From assembly GCA_963591775.1 (NCBI GenBank), contig CAVATM010000010.1, positions 27,727 through 91,726 of the forward strand: a stretch of DNA of 64,000 nt. The letters run 5' to 3'. The position numbers and the translations under genes are program-made. The DNA is from a bacterium. GTDB lineage: Bacteria > Bacteroidota > Bacteroidia > Bacteroidales > Paludibacteraceae. Below the pieces are notes generated by a model, which did not search any database, was not told the DNA's origin, and saw only the letters and a list, made by a program, of their open reading frames with translations. Each line of letters begins with the position of its first letter. Position 1 is the first letter of the stretch. This document shows, in pieces, positions 39,169-49,061 of this stretch.

Positions 39169-40317
39169 ATGAAAGCATTATTAGGAAAGACGCTTGAGGA
39201 ACTGCAGGCTGTGGCCATAGAAGTGGGACTGAAGAAGTTTGCGGGGAAACAGTTGGCGGAGTGGTTGTATGTTCGTCGAGCCACCTCATTCGAGGAGATG
39301 ACCAACATATCACTCCGTGGAAGGCAGGCATTGGCAGAGCGATACACCATCGGGCGACATGCTCCCATCGCGCACGCAGAATCTGCCGACGGCACAAAAA
39401 AGTACCTTTTCCAAATAGGCGACCAATATATAGAGTCGGTGTATATACCGGAGGAAGACCGTGCTACACTATGTGTATCAACACAGATGGGCTGCAAAAT
39501 GGGTTGTCGCTTCTGCATGACGGGGACTTTGGGTTTCCATGGACAACTATCTGCAACAGAGATACTCAATCAGATACTCTATTTCAAGACCTCCCCAAGC
39601 CCCTCCATAGGAGGGGATGTCAAGGCATGGGAATCTCCCCTCTCTGAGGTGGAAGGGGGAGTCGATGGGAAAGAAGGAGCCGAAGGCGCACTTACCAACA
39701 TCGTCTATATGGGGGAGGGAGAGCCGATGGACAACCTCGACAATGTGTTGCGCTCGCTGGAGGTGATGACAGCACCGTGGGGGTGTGCATGGTCGACAAA
39801 GCGTATCACGGTATCATCCGTTGGAGTACTGCCGCAACTGAAGAGATACTTAGAAGAAAGCGAGTGCCATTTGGCAATCTCGCTGCACAATCCGTTCTGC
39901 ACAGAACGAAGCGAGATAATGCCCGCAGAGAGACTCTGTTCGCTGCAAAGCGTGGTAACGCTGCTGAAACAATACGATTGGACACACCAGCGGCGTATCA
40001 GTTTTGAATATATCTGTTGGGCAGGACAAAACGACACACCCAAACATGCTAAAGAGTTGGTTCGGCTGCTTCGGGGACTGAACTGCCGCATAAATCTGAT
40101 TCGATTCCATGCTGGCGTGGAGGAAGTATCGCACCGCACAGGACAACAAGTGTTCCCTGCAAGCAACGAGCGGCAGATGGAATGGTTGCGGGACTATTTG
40201 ACAGAAAACGGAATTACCACCACCATTCGCCACAGCCGCGGCGAAGACATTCTCGCTGCGTGTGGTATGCTCGTCAATGCACTGCAAAACGAATCGGGAA
40301 AGACACAAGCACAATGA
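39169..40317 (+). CDS. rlmN: 23S rRNA/tRNA (adenine-C2)-methyltransferase RlmN (radical SAM), with in-frame insertion
   Basis: CVSTQMGCKMGCRFCMTG (CxxxCxxC) and MGEGEPMDN motifs. There are about 30 extra residues between NQI and LTNIV. Confidence 0.9.
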   Translation: MKALLGKTLEELQAVAIEVGLKKFAGKQLAEWLYVRRATSFEEMTNISLRGRQALAERYTIGRHAPIAHAESADGTKKYLFQIGDQYIESVYIPEEDRATLCVSTQMGCKMGCRFCMTGTLGFHGQLSATEILNQILYFKTSPSPSIGGDVKAWESPLSEVEGGVDGKEGAEGALTNIVYMGEGEPMDNLDNVLRSLEVMTAPWGCAWSTKRITVSSVGVLPQLKRYLEESECHLAISLHNPFCTERSEIMPAERLCSLQSVVTLLKQYDWTHQRRISFEYICWAGQNDTPKHAKELVRLLRGLNCRINLIRFHAGVEEVSHRTGQQVFPASNERQMEWLRDYLTENGITTTIRHSRGEDILAACGMLVNALQNESGKTQAQ

Positions 40318-40865
40318 CACAAAACGAAACAATCACGCTACATGAGATTACAACCACAGATAGTGCCTACCCTTTCGTGGAGAATCTATGGCTCAGCGCA
40401 TTTCCCAAAATAGAGCGACGGGACACCGCAGAACAGCGGGGCAAAATAGACCATAACGATTTGATACACTGCTTGGTAGCCGAACTGCAAGGCACACCAA
40501 TCGGGCTATTTACCTATTGGGATTTTGAGAGTTTTGGCTATGGAGAACACTTTGCAACTGACCCTACGCTACGAGGAAAGGGCTATGGGGCGCAAATCGT
40601 ACAGCAAGTGTTGGTACTTGTACAAAAACCATTTGTGCTGGAGGTGGAATTGCCCAAAAACGAAATGAGTAGGAGACGCATTGCGTTCTACGAACGAAAT
40701 GGTTTGGAACTACAAGATATACCATACATTCAGCCATCGTATCAGATAGGAGCCGGTGAGGAACTTCCTATGGCATTGATGACAACGCCTGACTTCTCCC
40801 AACAAATAGATATACATGAAGCCATCCGTACCATCCACTGGAATGTGTATGGTTGCGAGCAATAG
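40314..40865 (+). CDS. GNAT-family N-acetyltransferase
   Basis: LRGKGYGAQIV acetyl-CoA motif. ATGA start/stop overlap with rlmN. Confidence 0.8.
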   Translation: MTQNETITLHEITTTDSAYPFVENLWLSAFPKIERRDTAEQRGKIDHNDLIHCLVAELQGTPIGLFTYWDFESFGYGEHFATDPTLRGKGYGAQIVQQVLVLVQKPFVLEVELPKNEMSRRRIAFYERNGLELQDIPYIQPSYQIGAGEELPMALMTTPDFSQQIDIHEAIRTIHWNVYGCEQ

Positions 40866-40915
40866 GTATTTATCGCTGTCCAGTTAAAGTATTTTCATTC
40901 ATCCTCTATTCGGAT

Positions 40916-40954
40916 AACCAGCGGCTGATTCTACAAAAGAACCAGCCGCTGGTT
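40916..40954 (+). terminator. strong hairpin after GNAT gene
   Basis: 12-bp perfect stem AACCAGCGGCTG/CAGCCGCTGGTT with a 15-nt loop and no T-run. Confidence 0.5.
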
Positions 40955-41084
40955 GTAATTATGTTAGCTTGCATAAAAAACACAACGATAGGAAAAGGCG
41001 TTTTCTGTCATCTATAATTCCGGGCTAATAGATAATGCAGAAGAATTATCTAAATCGATAGGACAACTATCTAAGCGGAGTGAT

Positions 41085-41879
41085 TTGCTGTTTAGAGGTG
41101 TTTCTGAAGCAAAATATATGTTGTACACTTCAGGTCAACGCGAATTTATTCTACAAGATTACGCCACACTGGGCATCCAATATGACCAATTTATGAGGGT
41201 ACTATTGAGAAATCTTAGACGAAATGACGACTTGATGAATTTCTGCAAAGTTGCCAAGACTCCCCCTAATGATTCATATTGTTTTACATATCTGCAACAT
41301 TACGGCGCACCAACTCCGTATATCGATTTCACGACGGACATATACACTGCTCTATTTTATTGTTTCTACAGAATGTCTTCCCAACTATCAAAATCGGAAA
41401 TTGACCATTATTGTACATTGTACTATATAAAACTGGATGATATAGAATATATTACGGAACGATACATGCAGGAAATACATAAAGATAGCCCAACTGAAAG
41501 AAATCTCAGTTTATATAGCGAATCAACAGGGGGAGATGTCAAGTCGGGAATGCTTAGTTTTGATATTCTCCAAAAAATGGATATATTTTACATTGATAGC
41601 AAACGGAAAAGTGGTATGTTCAATGATAAGAAGTTGATTTTCCGTATTCCCAATAGAAATATGCTGGTACAAAATGGAGTTTTGCTGTATAATGGTAGCG
41701 ATTCTTTGCCATTAGAACGGTGCATGGCTAATAAAATACATTGTATAGACATTCATAAATCACTGGGTGATTATATCAAGAAAGAGTATTTGCATGATTG
41801 TACAAAAGAGAAACTTTTTCCTGATGAATATTCTATTGCCCAAAACACCTATGCAGAATTTAGAAAGACATTATCATAA
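41085..41879 (+). CDS. FRG-domain protein (possibly 5'-disrupted)
   Basis: An LFRGVSEAKY (FRG) motif sits right at the predicted TTG start. The frame is open upstream to 40992 without any start codon. The region is AT-rich. Confidence 0.55.
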   Translation: MLFRGVSEAKYMLYTSGQREFILQDYATLGIQYDQFMRVLLRNLRRNDDLMNFCKVAKTPPNDSYCFTYLQHYGAPTPYIDFTTDIYTALFYCFYRMSSQLSKSEIDHYCTLYYIKLDDIEYITERYMQEIHKDSPTERNLSLYSESTGGDVKSGMLSFDILQKMDIFYIDSKRKSGMFNDKKLIFRIPNRNMLVQNGVLLYNGSDSLPLERCMANKIHCIDIHKSLGDYIKKEYLHDCTKEKLFPDEYSIAQNTYAEFRKTLS

Positions 41880-41979
41880 TTGGATTATATAATATCAATT
41901 TAGAGGTCTATAGTTTTTTTTCAGCCTGCAAAATGACCTATAGACCATTAATCGAAACAAAGAACGATAGGTATGTAAC

Positions 41980-42016
41980 AACACGCCCAACGAGATTAGT
42001 TCTCGTTGGGCGTGTT
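41980..42016 (-). terminator. hairpin downstream of DUF2520 gene
   Basis: 16-bp perfect stem AACACGCCCAACGAGA/TCTCGTTGGGCGTGTT with a 5-nt loop. Confidence 0.6.
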
Positions 42017-42084
42017 ATGACTATGTCTGCATGCGATAAATCAAACAATTACGTCAACATCCATTTTGTAGCCTCGTTAGGTGA

Positions 42085-42795
42085 TTAATGCGGGTAGTTC
42101 TGCTGAATAAGAGCGGATAAAAGGCGATAGACTTCTCGCTCCTGCTCGGGAAGCAAAGAGAGATGGTGTTGCATGACCGCAGTATCGCCACGACGAGCTG
42201 GCCCAGTCTGTGCCTCACGAGGCGAAAGCGTATGTACTTTGGCTGCCGTTTGGTCTATCAAAGGCAATAGTACGGAAAAAGGAATGGTTGTATTCTGCAA
42301 CAAGTCAGCAGCTACAGAATACATCAAATTAGAGAAGTTGTTGGCAAAAACACCCGCCACATGAAGGCGTTCACGCTCAGCCTGCGTTGTTTCGTAGATA
42401 TGCGAGGTAAGCGTCTGTGCAAGCGTATAGATAGCCGCCACATCATCCAAAGTAGTACCTTCGATAAAAACCGGAATAGTGCGAAAATCATCGATAAGCT
42501 GTGCCTTGCTAAACGATTGAAAGAAATAAAGCACACCTGCATGCGGTTTATCATTGCCAAAAACGGAGATGGGCATAGTGCCGGAAGTATGCACATGCAA
42601 CGCCTTGGGAGCATGCACCTGCGCCACGACCTGCCCTAACGCCTCGTCATGCACGGCATAGATAAAGACATCCGACTCCGGTAATGATTCAAGCCCATCA
42701 CGAGAAGAGACCATATCGACAGAAACGCCATTTAGACGAAAGGCATGCTGTAGATTGCACGCCACATTGCCCATTCCAACAATAGTGATACGCAT
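42085..42795 (-). CDS. Rossmann-like / DUF2520 domain protein
   Basis: N-terminal IVGMGNV dinucleotide fold and C-terminal TGPARRGD. Confidence 0.7.
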   Translation of the reverse strand: MRITIVGMGNVACNLQHAFRLNGVSVDMVSSRDGLESLPESDVFIYAVHDEALGQVVAQVHAPKALHVHTSGTMPISVFGNDKPHAGVLYFFQSFSKAQLIDDFRTIPVFIEGTTLDDVAAIYTLAQTLTSHIYETTQAERERLHVAGVFANNFSNLMYSVAADLLQNTTIPFSVLLPLIDQTAAKVHTLSPREAQTGPARRGDTAVMQHHLSLLPEQEREVYRLLSALIQQNYPH

Positions 42796-42811
42796 AAAGT
42801 GGGTGTATGAT

Positions 42812-44194
42812 TTAGTCTGCTATCATAGCAGGGTAATTTTTGTAGAACTCCGTAACTGCCACAATGCCTTTCTCCCACACCTCTAAATCCATCGACTCAT
42901 TCGGGGAATGTATTGCATTCTGCTCAAGGCCAAAACCCATCAGAATGGTTTTGACACCTAACAACTGCTCAAATGTGGAGATAATAGGAATACTCCCACC
43001 ACGACGAGCCGCCAACGGGCGTTTACCAAATGCGACCTCAAAGCCCTTCTCTGCAGCACGATAAGCAGGCAGATCGATAGGACAGACATATCCCTGACCA
43101 CCATGCATCGGCGTGACGGACACACGGACACCCGCAGGAGCCAACTGCTGCATATAATCGGCAAAGGCTTGCGAAATTTCGGTATGGGATTGGTTCGCCA
43201 CTAATCGACAAGATACTTTGGCATACGCACGGCTAGGCAAAACCGTTTTACTCCCTTCGCCCGTATAACCTCCCCATATACCACAGATATCGAATGAAGG
43301 ACGACACGAATTTCGCTCAAGCGTAGAATAGCCTTGCTCACCGGCAACCTCATCGACACCGATAGACTGCTTATATTGGTCGAGCGAAAACGGAATATGC
43401 GCTATCATCTCTCGCTCCTCTGCGGGGATAGGCGACACATAGTCATAGAAATGAGGGATGGTAATTCGACCATCCTTATCTATCACTTGCGCCAACATCT
43501 CACACAAAGCATTGAGCGGATTCTTGACGGCACCCCCAAAATGACCGGAATGCAGGTCTCGGTTGGGGCCGGTTACCTCTATCTGCCAATACGCTAACCC
43601 ACGCAGGCCTGTTGTGATAGAAGGGGTATCTTTCCCTATCATAGAGGTATCACTGACCAAGATGATATCACAAGTCAACAGGTCTTTATGCTGCTCGACA
43701 AAAGCCTCCAACGAAGGACTGCCTATTTCCTCTTCACCCTCAAATATGAACTTGACACGACATTGCAGCAGCCCCTCGTGCACCATATACTCAAAAGCCT
43801 TGGCCTGAATCATGGCCTGCCCCTTGTCATCGTCGGCGCCACGAGCATACAGACGGCCGTTGCGAATGATGGGCTCCCATGGATCTGACAGCCATTGCTC
43901 CAACGGTTCAACCGGCATGACATCGTAATGAGCATATACCAAGACGGTGGGAAGGGGTGAAGTAGATTCTACCTTCGGGACATATTCGGCAAATACGAAT
44001 GGATTGCCCGCAGAAGGAAGCACTTCTGCATGCTGACAACCTGCTGACAAAAGCAGGTCACGCCAACGCTCGGCACATCGTACCATGTCAGCATGATGCT
44101 CGGGCTGACAACTAACACTCGGAATGCGAATCAAACTTGCCCACTCGGAGAGAAAACGCTCCCGGTTGGACTGAATATAGTCGTGGATATTCAT
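42812..44194 (-). CDS. M20-family dipeptidase
   Basis: 460 aa. HYDVMP, RGADDDKG and FEGEEEIGS metal-ligand motifs. Confidence 0.85.
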   Translation of the reverse strand: MNIHDYIQSNRERFLSEWASLIRIPSVSCQPEHHADMVRCAERWRDLLLSAGCQHAEVLPSAGNPFVFAEYVPKVESTSPLPTVLVYAHYDVMPVEPLEQWLSDPWEPIIRNGRLYARGADDDKGQAMIQAKAFEYMVHEGLLQCRVKFIFEGEEEIGSPSLEAFVEQHKDLLTCDIILVSDTSMIGKDTPSITTGLRGLAYWQIEVTGPNRDLHSGHFGGAVKNPLNALCEMLAQVIDKDGRITIPHFYDYVSPIPAEEREMIAHIPFSLDQYKQSIGVDEVAGEQGYSTLERNSCRPSFDICGIWGGYTGEGSKTVLPSRAYAKVSCRLVANQSHTEISQAFADYMQQLAPAGVRVSVTPMHGGQGYVCPIDLPAYRAAEKGFEVAFGKRPLAARRGGSIPIISTFEQLLGVKTILMGFGLEQNAIHSPNESMDLEVWEKGIVAVTEFYKNYPAMIAD

Positions 44195-44197
44195 ATT

Positions 44198-44632
44198 TTA
44201 GGAATGTTTTTTGCGTTTGGGTAGAAGTTTATCAATATGGTAAGCAAGATTCTCTTGGAACTTCTGCGGGTCGGAACGCGCATATTGGTACGCATTCTGC
44301 GTGAGGTCATAGACTCGGTTACGGCGTGCAACAACGAGCCCTGTCAGAACGATATTGCACTTAGTGGCGATTTTCTGCCCTGTGGCAGATGCCAAATCCA
44401 CCTTATAGAAAATGACATCGCCGTTGTCCATCTGCGATTGATACTGTTTGGCAAGCAGGTTCTCTGTGAGAAACATGGTTTGGTTGCTCACATCGGTAGG
44501 CATACGACTATCATAGAAGTAATAGACTTGCACACTACCTGTATGAGCCAGAGGAAGCGGGTGTGCTCCACGCTCGTTGTTGAACGAGAGCGAGAGCAAC
44601 AACATAACATAGTACCAAAAAGAAATGTTCAT
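44198..44632 (-). CDS. hypothetical exported protein
   Basis: 144 aa with an N-terminal hydrophobic signal. The 3-nt gap to the upstream gene supports coding. Confidence 0.5.
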   Translation of the reverse strand: MNISFWYYVMLLLSLSFNNERGAHPLPLAHTGSVQVYYFYDSRMPTDVSNQTMFLTENLLAKQYQSQMDNGDVIFYKVDLASATGQKIATKCNIVLTGLVVARRNRVYDLTQNAYQYARSDPQKFQENLAYHIDKLLPKRKKHS

Positions 44633-44653
44633 AGGACAAATGAATTTAGGATG

Positions 44654-45526
44654 TTACTTGAGAGAAACAAATTGATAGTTGATTTGGCTACCCATATCGA
44701 CCACCATATAGTAAGGGTGCGGGTCGGGGTCTTGACAGGTATTGACGATGATACAAGTTGCCCCCGCATAATTGGTCACCTGCCGATTGTGGTCGTGCCC
44801 ACACCAGAACATATCGACACCGTACTTGTCCATCAGCCCCGTAATCTCGTAGGTTTCTTCCATGGCATAGTTGGAGGTATGTTCCTGCGAGCCATCCTGT
44901 TTATAGAGATGAGTATGGGAAAAAAGAATGATGTGGCGATAGTGCTGTTGGCTTTTTTCTTTTAACAGATTACGCAGCCATTTGATTTGCGCCGTACCGA
45001 GCGTTCCCTCTGCCGAGTCGAGGCAGACAAAAAGGTCGAGACGCTCGCCTGTAGTACTGTCGTAGGTGTCGAACCAATAGGCAGAAGTATGGAAACGGGA
45101 ACGAAAATCCGACCACTGATTGAAATAGATATCATGGTTGCCAGGTGTGATAAACAGCGTATCGTGGTGATCCTCAGCAGGTTCAGTCTGCAATGTATGG
45201 AGCGCATTGTCATAGTATCCTGTACCGTTTATGAGGTCGCCTAAGTGGATGGCAAAAGGACAAAGTGTATCCGTCTTATAGTCCAACACAAAGCGCTCAA
45301 GATTATGGTGCGTGGTATCGATATGTGAGTCGGTGCAAACATAGATACGGTAGTCCGCAGGCACGGATAGGCGGATCTCGCCGTACTGCTCATTGTACGC
45401 CATAGACTCCGAGAAGCGGGTCGCCACCTCCGGACTGGTGCCGTTGAACATACCCGGCAAGTCGTAATTAGGGAAACTGCACGAGGCAAAGGCTATGATT
45501 GCGAGAATGTATAGAGTTCGTTTCAT
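44654..45526 (-). CDS. metallophosphoesterase lipoprotein (calcineurin-like)
   Basis: Lipobox FASCS. DSH, GDLINGTG, GNHD and GHDH motifs. Confidence 0.8.
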   Translation of the reverse strand: MKRTLYILAIIAFASCSFPNYDLPGMFNGTSPEVATRFSESMAYNEQYGEIRLSVPADYRIYVCTDSHIDTTHHNLERFVLDYKTDTLCPFAIHLGDLINGTGYYDNALHTLQTEPAEDHHDTLFITPGNHDIYFNQWSDFRSRFHTSAYWFDTYDSTTGERLDLFVCLDSAEGTLGTAQIKWLRNLLKEKSQQHYRHIILFSHTHLYKQDGSQEHTSNYAMEETYEITGLMDKYGVDMFWCGHDHNRQVTNYAGATCIIVNTCQDPDPHPYYMVVDMGSQINYQFVSLK

Positions 45527-45555
45527 TGTGGGTAAGAATTAGAGCTGTGTACCAT

Positions 45556-46302
45556 TTAGAAAGTATAGGTAAAACCTGTGCGGAGGTAGGCGGCATAGAA
45601 TGTAGCATTGAGATGGAACATACCCGTAGGCTTACATTCTGCCGACAACAAAACACGCCAATGGGAATCCACATCATACCGTCCGCCAACCAGGAAAATC
45701 GGCTGCCACATACGCTCCATCTGATAGTCGTCGATATTTGACAGACAAGCAGACATATTCCAACGACAAGTCTGCGGACGGCAGAATACCTCGAGGCGAT
45801 AGAGCAGGTTAAATGGCTCGCAATTAAAAACCTCCGTGGTGCGCCACTCTCTGTCCCAAGAGGCCATCACACGGCTGAACATACCCACCTGCACCGACAC
45901 ATAATCCATTCGGTATCCGATAGAGAGCGCCGTGCAGAGGTCGTGCTGACGACTGCGAGCAACGGTCTTGTAGAGCACCTCTGTCTCGGCAAAGAGTTCG
46001 CCAACGGGTAATGCAAAACGCGGGCGCAAAATAGCTGCACCTGTATAGACATTGGCCGTGGAGAGTTGAAGATTAACCTGCAAATCGAAATGCGGGTTAA
46101 TGGGCATAAGCGACTGAATATCAAGATTGCCATAGTGCTCCCAAGTGCGATTGTAAGCATATTCGCCCATCACAGAGAGTTGATAACCTTGCGTGCCGAA
46201 ACCCCGCAGGGAATGACCATCTCGAGCAGTATACTCCTTCGGTGCTGCGCACAAGGTTGTGGCAAGCAAAAAAGCGAAAAATGTAGCGAATAATTTATGC
46301 AT
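45556..46302 (-). CDS. putative outer-membrane beta-barrel protein
   Basis: Signal peptide, alternating beta-strand pattern and a terminal aromatic (..FTYTF). Confidence 0.55.
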   Translation of the reverse strand: MHKLFATFFAFLLATTLCAAPKEYTARDGHSLRGFGTQGYQLSVMGEYAYNRTWEHYGNLDIQSLMPINPHFDLQVNLQLSTANVYTGAAILRPRFALPVGELFAETEVLYKTVARSRQHDLCTALSIGYRMDYVSVQVGMFSRVMASWDREWRTTEVFNCEPFNLLYRLEVFCRPQTCRWNMSACLSNIDDYQMERMWQPIFLVGGRYDVDSHWRVLLSAECKPTGMFHLNATFYAAYLRTGFTYTF

Positions 46303-46370
46303 GCGTATCTGTTTTACAAGTAAGAGAAGTTGTATTAGATGGTCGTCTATTTACCATGGCTCATTGAGAA

Positions 46371-48734
46371 TCAATCTATAGTGATGATTGTCAATCCAGC
46401 CCCACCACGGTCGGGATCGCCATCGTGGTAACGGAGAAGGTCATCGCCTCGCTTGCGGCGCTGCCTATTGTAGGAGTCGATATAATCACGCACTACCTGT
46501 TTGAGAGCCCCCGTACCCGTGCCATGCAAGATAGTTACCTCGCCCGCATTGACCATAATGGCATCATCGAGATAGGCTATAAAACGCTCCAACGCCTCAT
46601 CGGCACGCATCCCACGCAGATCAAGTGTGCGCTCAAAAGACAACACCCGCTGACGCACCATCGAGGTATACCCCACCCCACTGCCGGTCTTCTTGGGCTG
46701 TATCTTGGCAGCTTTTTCCTCAGCTTGTGCTCGCTTGCTCAGCGCTTTCAAATCACTGAAATCACGCATCACTGTCTTGCCGTTGGTCTGCTGAACAGTT
46801 TGGGGTACAGCGGTCTTGGTAAGGGACTGCTTCGGCAAAACCTTCTGTTTCATGGTCTCCACACGCTGGCGTGCTTTCTGCGTACGCTCCTTCTCCGCCT
46901 TCGCCTCCTTGATCTCACGAATGGTGCGTTCAATGGTAGCATTGCTCTCACGCAACAAATCCGCCGCTTGCTGTTTCGCCTCGTCCATCACCTCACGCTT
47001 CTTTGCCTTCAAGCCTGCTATTTCCTGCTCATAGTATGCAATACGCTCCTCAAGGTGTTTCTCCCGCTGACGGATGTTCTGTCGCTTATTTTCCCAATAA
47101 CGCTTGTCACGAGCAATGTCTTGCAACTGCTTGTCGTAGTCGATATGTTCCTCGCCCACCAACTCCGTGGCGTGTGCAATAATTGGTTCCGGAAGACCTA
47201 TCTGCTTGGCTATCTCGACGGCAAAACTACTACCTGCCTGCCCGATAGAGAGTTGGAACAACGGACGCATTTGCCCACGGTCGTAGAGCATGGCACCATT
47301 GACTACGCCAGGCGTCTGCTCCGCAAAATGCTTGAGGTTGGTATAGTGGGTGGTGATGACACCAAACGCCTGCTGCGCCACGAGTTGGTAAAGGACTGCT
47401 TCGGCAATTGCCCCTCCGATGAGCGGCTCGGTACCTGTACCAAACTCATCGATAAGCAACAGCGTGCGGCTGTCTGCCGAACGGACAAACGCTTTCATAT
47501 TGCGCAGGTGACTCGAATAGGTAGAGAGATCGTCCTCGATAGACTGCTCGTCACCTATATCTATCATCAAATTGGCAAACATACCCATACGGCTGGTCTC
47601 AGCAAGCGGCACTAGCAAACCACACTGCACCATATATTGCAACAGCGCCACCGTCTTCAGACAGACCGATTTACCACCTGCATTGGGACCGCTGATGATG
47701 AGTATACGATTCTCCGACGCCTGAAGACGAATAGACAGGGGAACAACCGTCTTCCCCTGTCGGTTGAATTTAAGATACAGCACGGGATGGCGAGCCGACT
47801 GCCAATCAATAACCGGTTCTTGGGTAAGTTCGGGACGAATGGCGTGTAGCGATTGCGCAAGTTGTGTCTTCGCAAGTAAAAAGTCCACCTTTGCCAACAT
47901 AGCCTCACTCCCACGAATGACCGGCATATAGGGGCGCAGCGTGGCGGTCAACTCCTGCAAGATACGGATACGCTCACGGCGCTCTGCCCCCTCTAACTCA
48001 CGGATATGGTTGTTCGCCTCAACGACTTGCTGGGGCTCAATATAGACGGTTTTTCCTGTGGCGGACTCATCATGCACGATACCGCCTATCTTGCGCTTAT
48101 AGGCCGGCGGAACAGGGATGACAAGCCGCCCCTCACGAAGCGTGGGTGCCGCATCCTTGTCAAGAATTCCTGCTGCCTGTGCCTGACGGAGAATCTGATT
48201 CAGCGCACGCCCCACACTACCCTGCACAATGGTCAATTCGTGGCGGATTCGTGCCAACTCGGGCGATGCCGAATCGGACAGACGCCCATACTTGTCGAGC
48301 ACACGATCTATCAACCGCACCACCTCACCTACCCGATACGGCTCTGCATCGGAAGCCGGCGCAAAAGTTCTTAGATGCGGGAAACGCTGCGGGTCGAGCG
48401 AAGCAAAAAACTGCTCAAGCAAGTGCGCATAATCGAGCGTCTTGCGCAACGCAAAAAGTTCTGCCTCATCGAGAAATAGTCCATCGATGCGAATACGGGA
48501 CAATGCCTCCCGCACATCGTGTATCTCACCATGCGGAAAATTGAGCGACGCGTCCTCTTGCACCTGCTTCATCTCTTCCGCCTCGTACAACAGACGATTC
48601 ACCTGCTCAAAATCAGAAGAGAAAGCCATTGCCTCCACCTGCTCACGCCCCAATGGGGAGGAACAATAGCGACTGAGTTCGGCACGAATGGTGAGGAAAT
48701 CGATTTTCGATTCTATGGTATCGGGAAAAACCAA
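46371..48734 (-). CDS. mutS2: endonuclease MutS2 (Smr domain)
   Basis: Walker A GPNAGGKS, DEFGTGTEP, coiled-coil, and a C-terminal Smr domain (LDLRGMRADEA...ILHGTGTGALK). Confidence 0.95.
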   Translation of the reverse strand: MVFPDTIESKIDFLTIRAELSRYCSSPLGREQVEAMAFSSDFEQVNRLLYEAEEMKQVQEDASLNFPHGEIHDVREALSRIRIDGLFLDEAELFALRKTLDYAHLLEQFFASLDPQRFPHLRTFAPASDAEPYRVGEVVRLIDRVLDKYGRLSDSASPELARIRHELTIVQGSVGRALNQILRQAQAAGILDKDAAPTLREGRLVIPVPPAYKRKIGGIVHDESATGKTVYIEPQQVVEANNHIRELEGAERRERIRILQELTATLRPYMPVIRGSEAMLAKVDFLLAKTQLAQSLHAIRPELTQEPVIDWQSARHPVLYLKFNRQGKTVVPLSIRLQASENRILIISGPNAGGKSVCLKTVALLQYMVQCGLLVPLAETSRMGMFANLMIDIGDEQSIEDDLSTYSSHLRNMKAFVRSADSRTLLLIDEFGTGTEPLIGGAIAEAVLYQLVAQQAFGVITTHYTNLKHFAEQTPGVVNGAMLYDRGQMRPLFQLSIGQAGSSFAVEIAKQIGLPEPIIAHATELVGEEHIDYDKQLQDIARDKRYWENKRQNIRQREKHLEERIAYYEQEIAGLKAKKREVMDEAKQQAADLLRESNATIERTIREIKEAKAEKERTQKARQRVETMKQKVLPKQSLTKTAVPQTVQQTNGKTVMRDFSDLKALSKRAQAEEKAAKIQPKKTGSGVGYTSMVRQRVLSFERTLDLRGMRADEALERFIAYLDDAIMVNAGEVTILHGTGTGALKQVVRDYIDSYNRQRRKRGDDLLRYHDGDPDRGGAGLTIITID

Positions 48735-48767
48735 TGGGATTTACGAATTATGAATTAAGAATGATGT

Positions 48768-49061
48768 TTAACCTAAGATGCGGACATCACGAAGGACTGT
48801 GCCGCCAACGGCTTCGTTGAGTTTGCGTACCAAATCAAATCGGCACTCAAAAAGTTGTGACTTAAGCGCTGCACTACGAATATGGACATAGAGAATACCA
48901 TCCTTGACTTCTATGTTCGAAGTTAGACGAGCTATCGTATCGCCCATCACCTGCGGCCACTGCTCCACCACGCGTGTCTCAAGCAGCGACTTTTCCAACT
49001 CTGTGCCACGCAAGTACTGCGACAACACATCGCCTATTGACATCGAATTGCCTCGATTCAT
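48768..49061 (-). CDS. DUF721 (DciA-like) protein
   Basis: 97 aa. WPQVMG...LYVHIRSAALKSQL pattern. ATGA overlap with the upstream gene. Confidence 0.7.
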   Translation of the reverse strand: MNRGNSMSIGDVLSQYLRGTELEKSLLETRVVEQWPQVMGDTIARLTSNIEVKDGILYVHIRSAALKSQLFECRFDLVRKLNEAVGGTVLRDVRILG

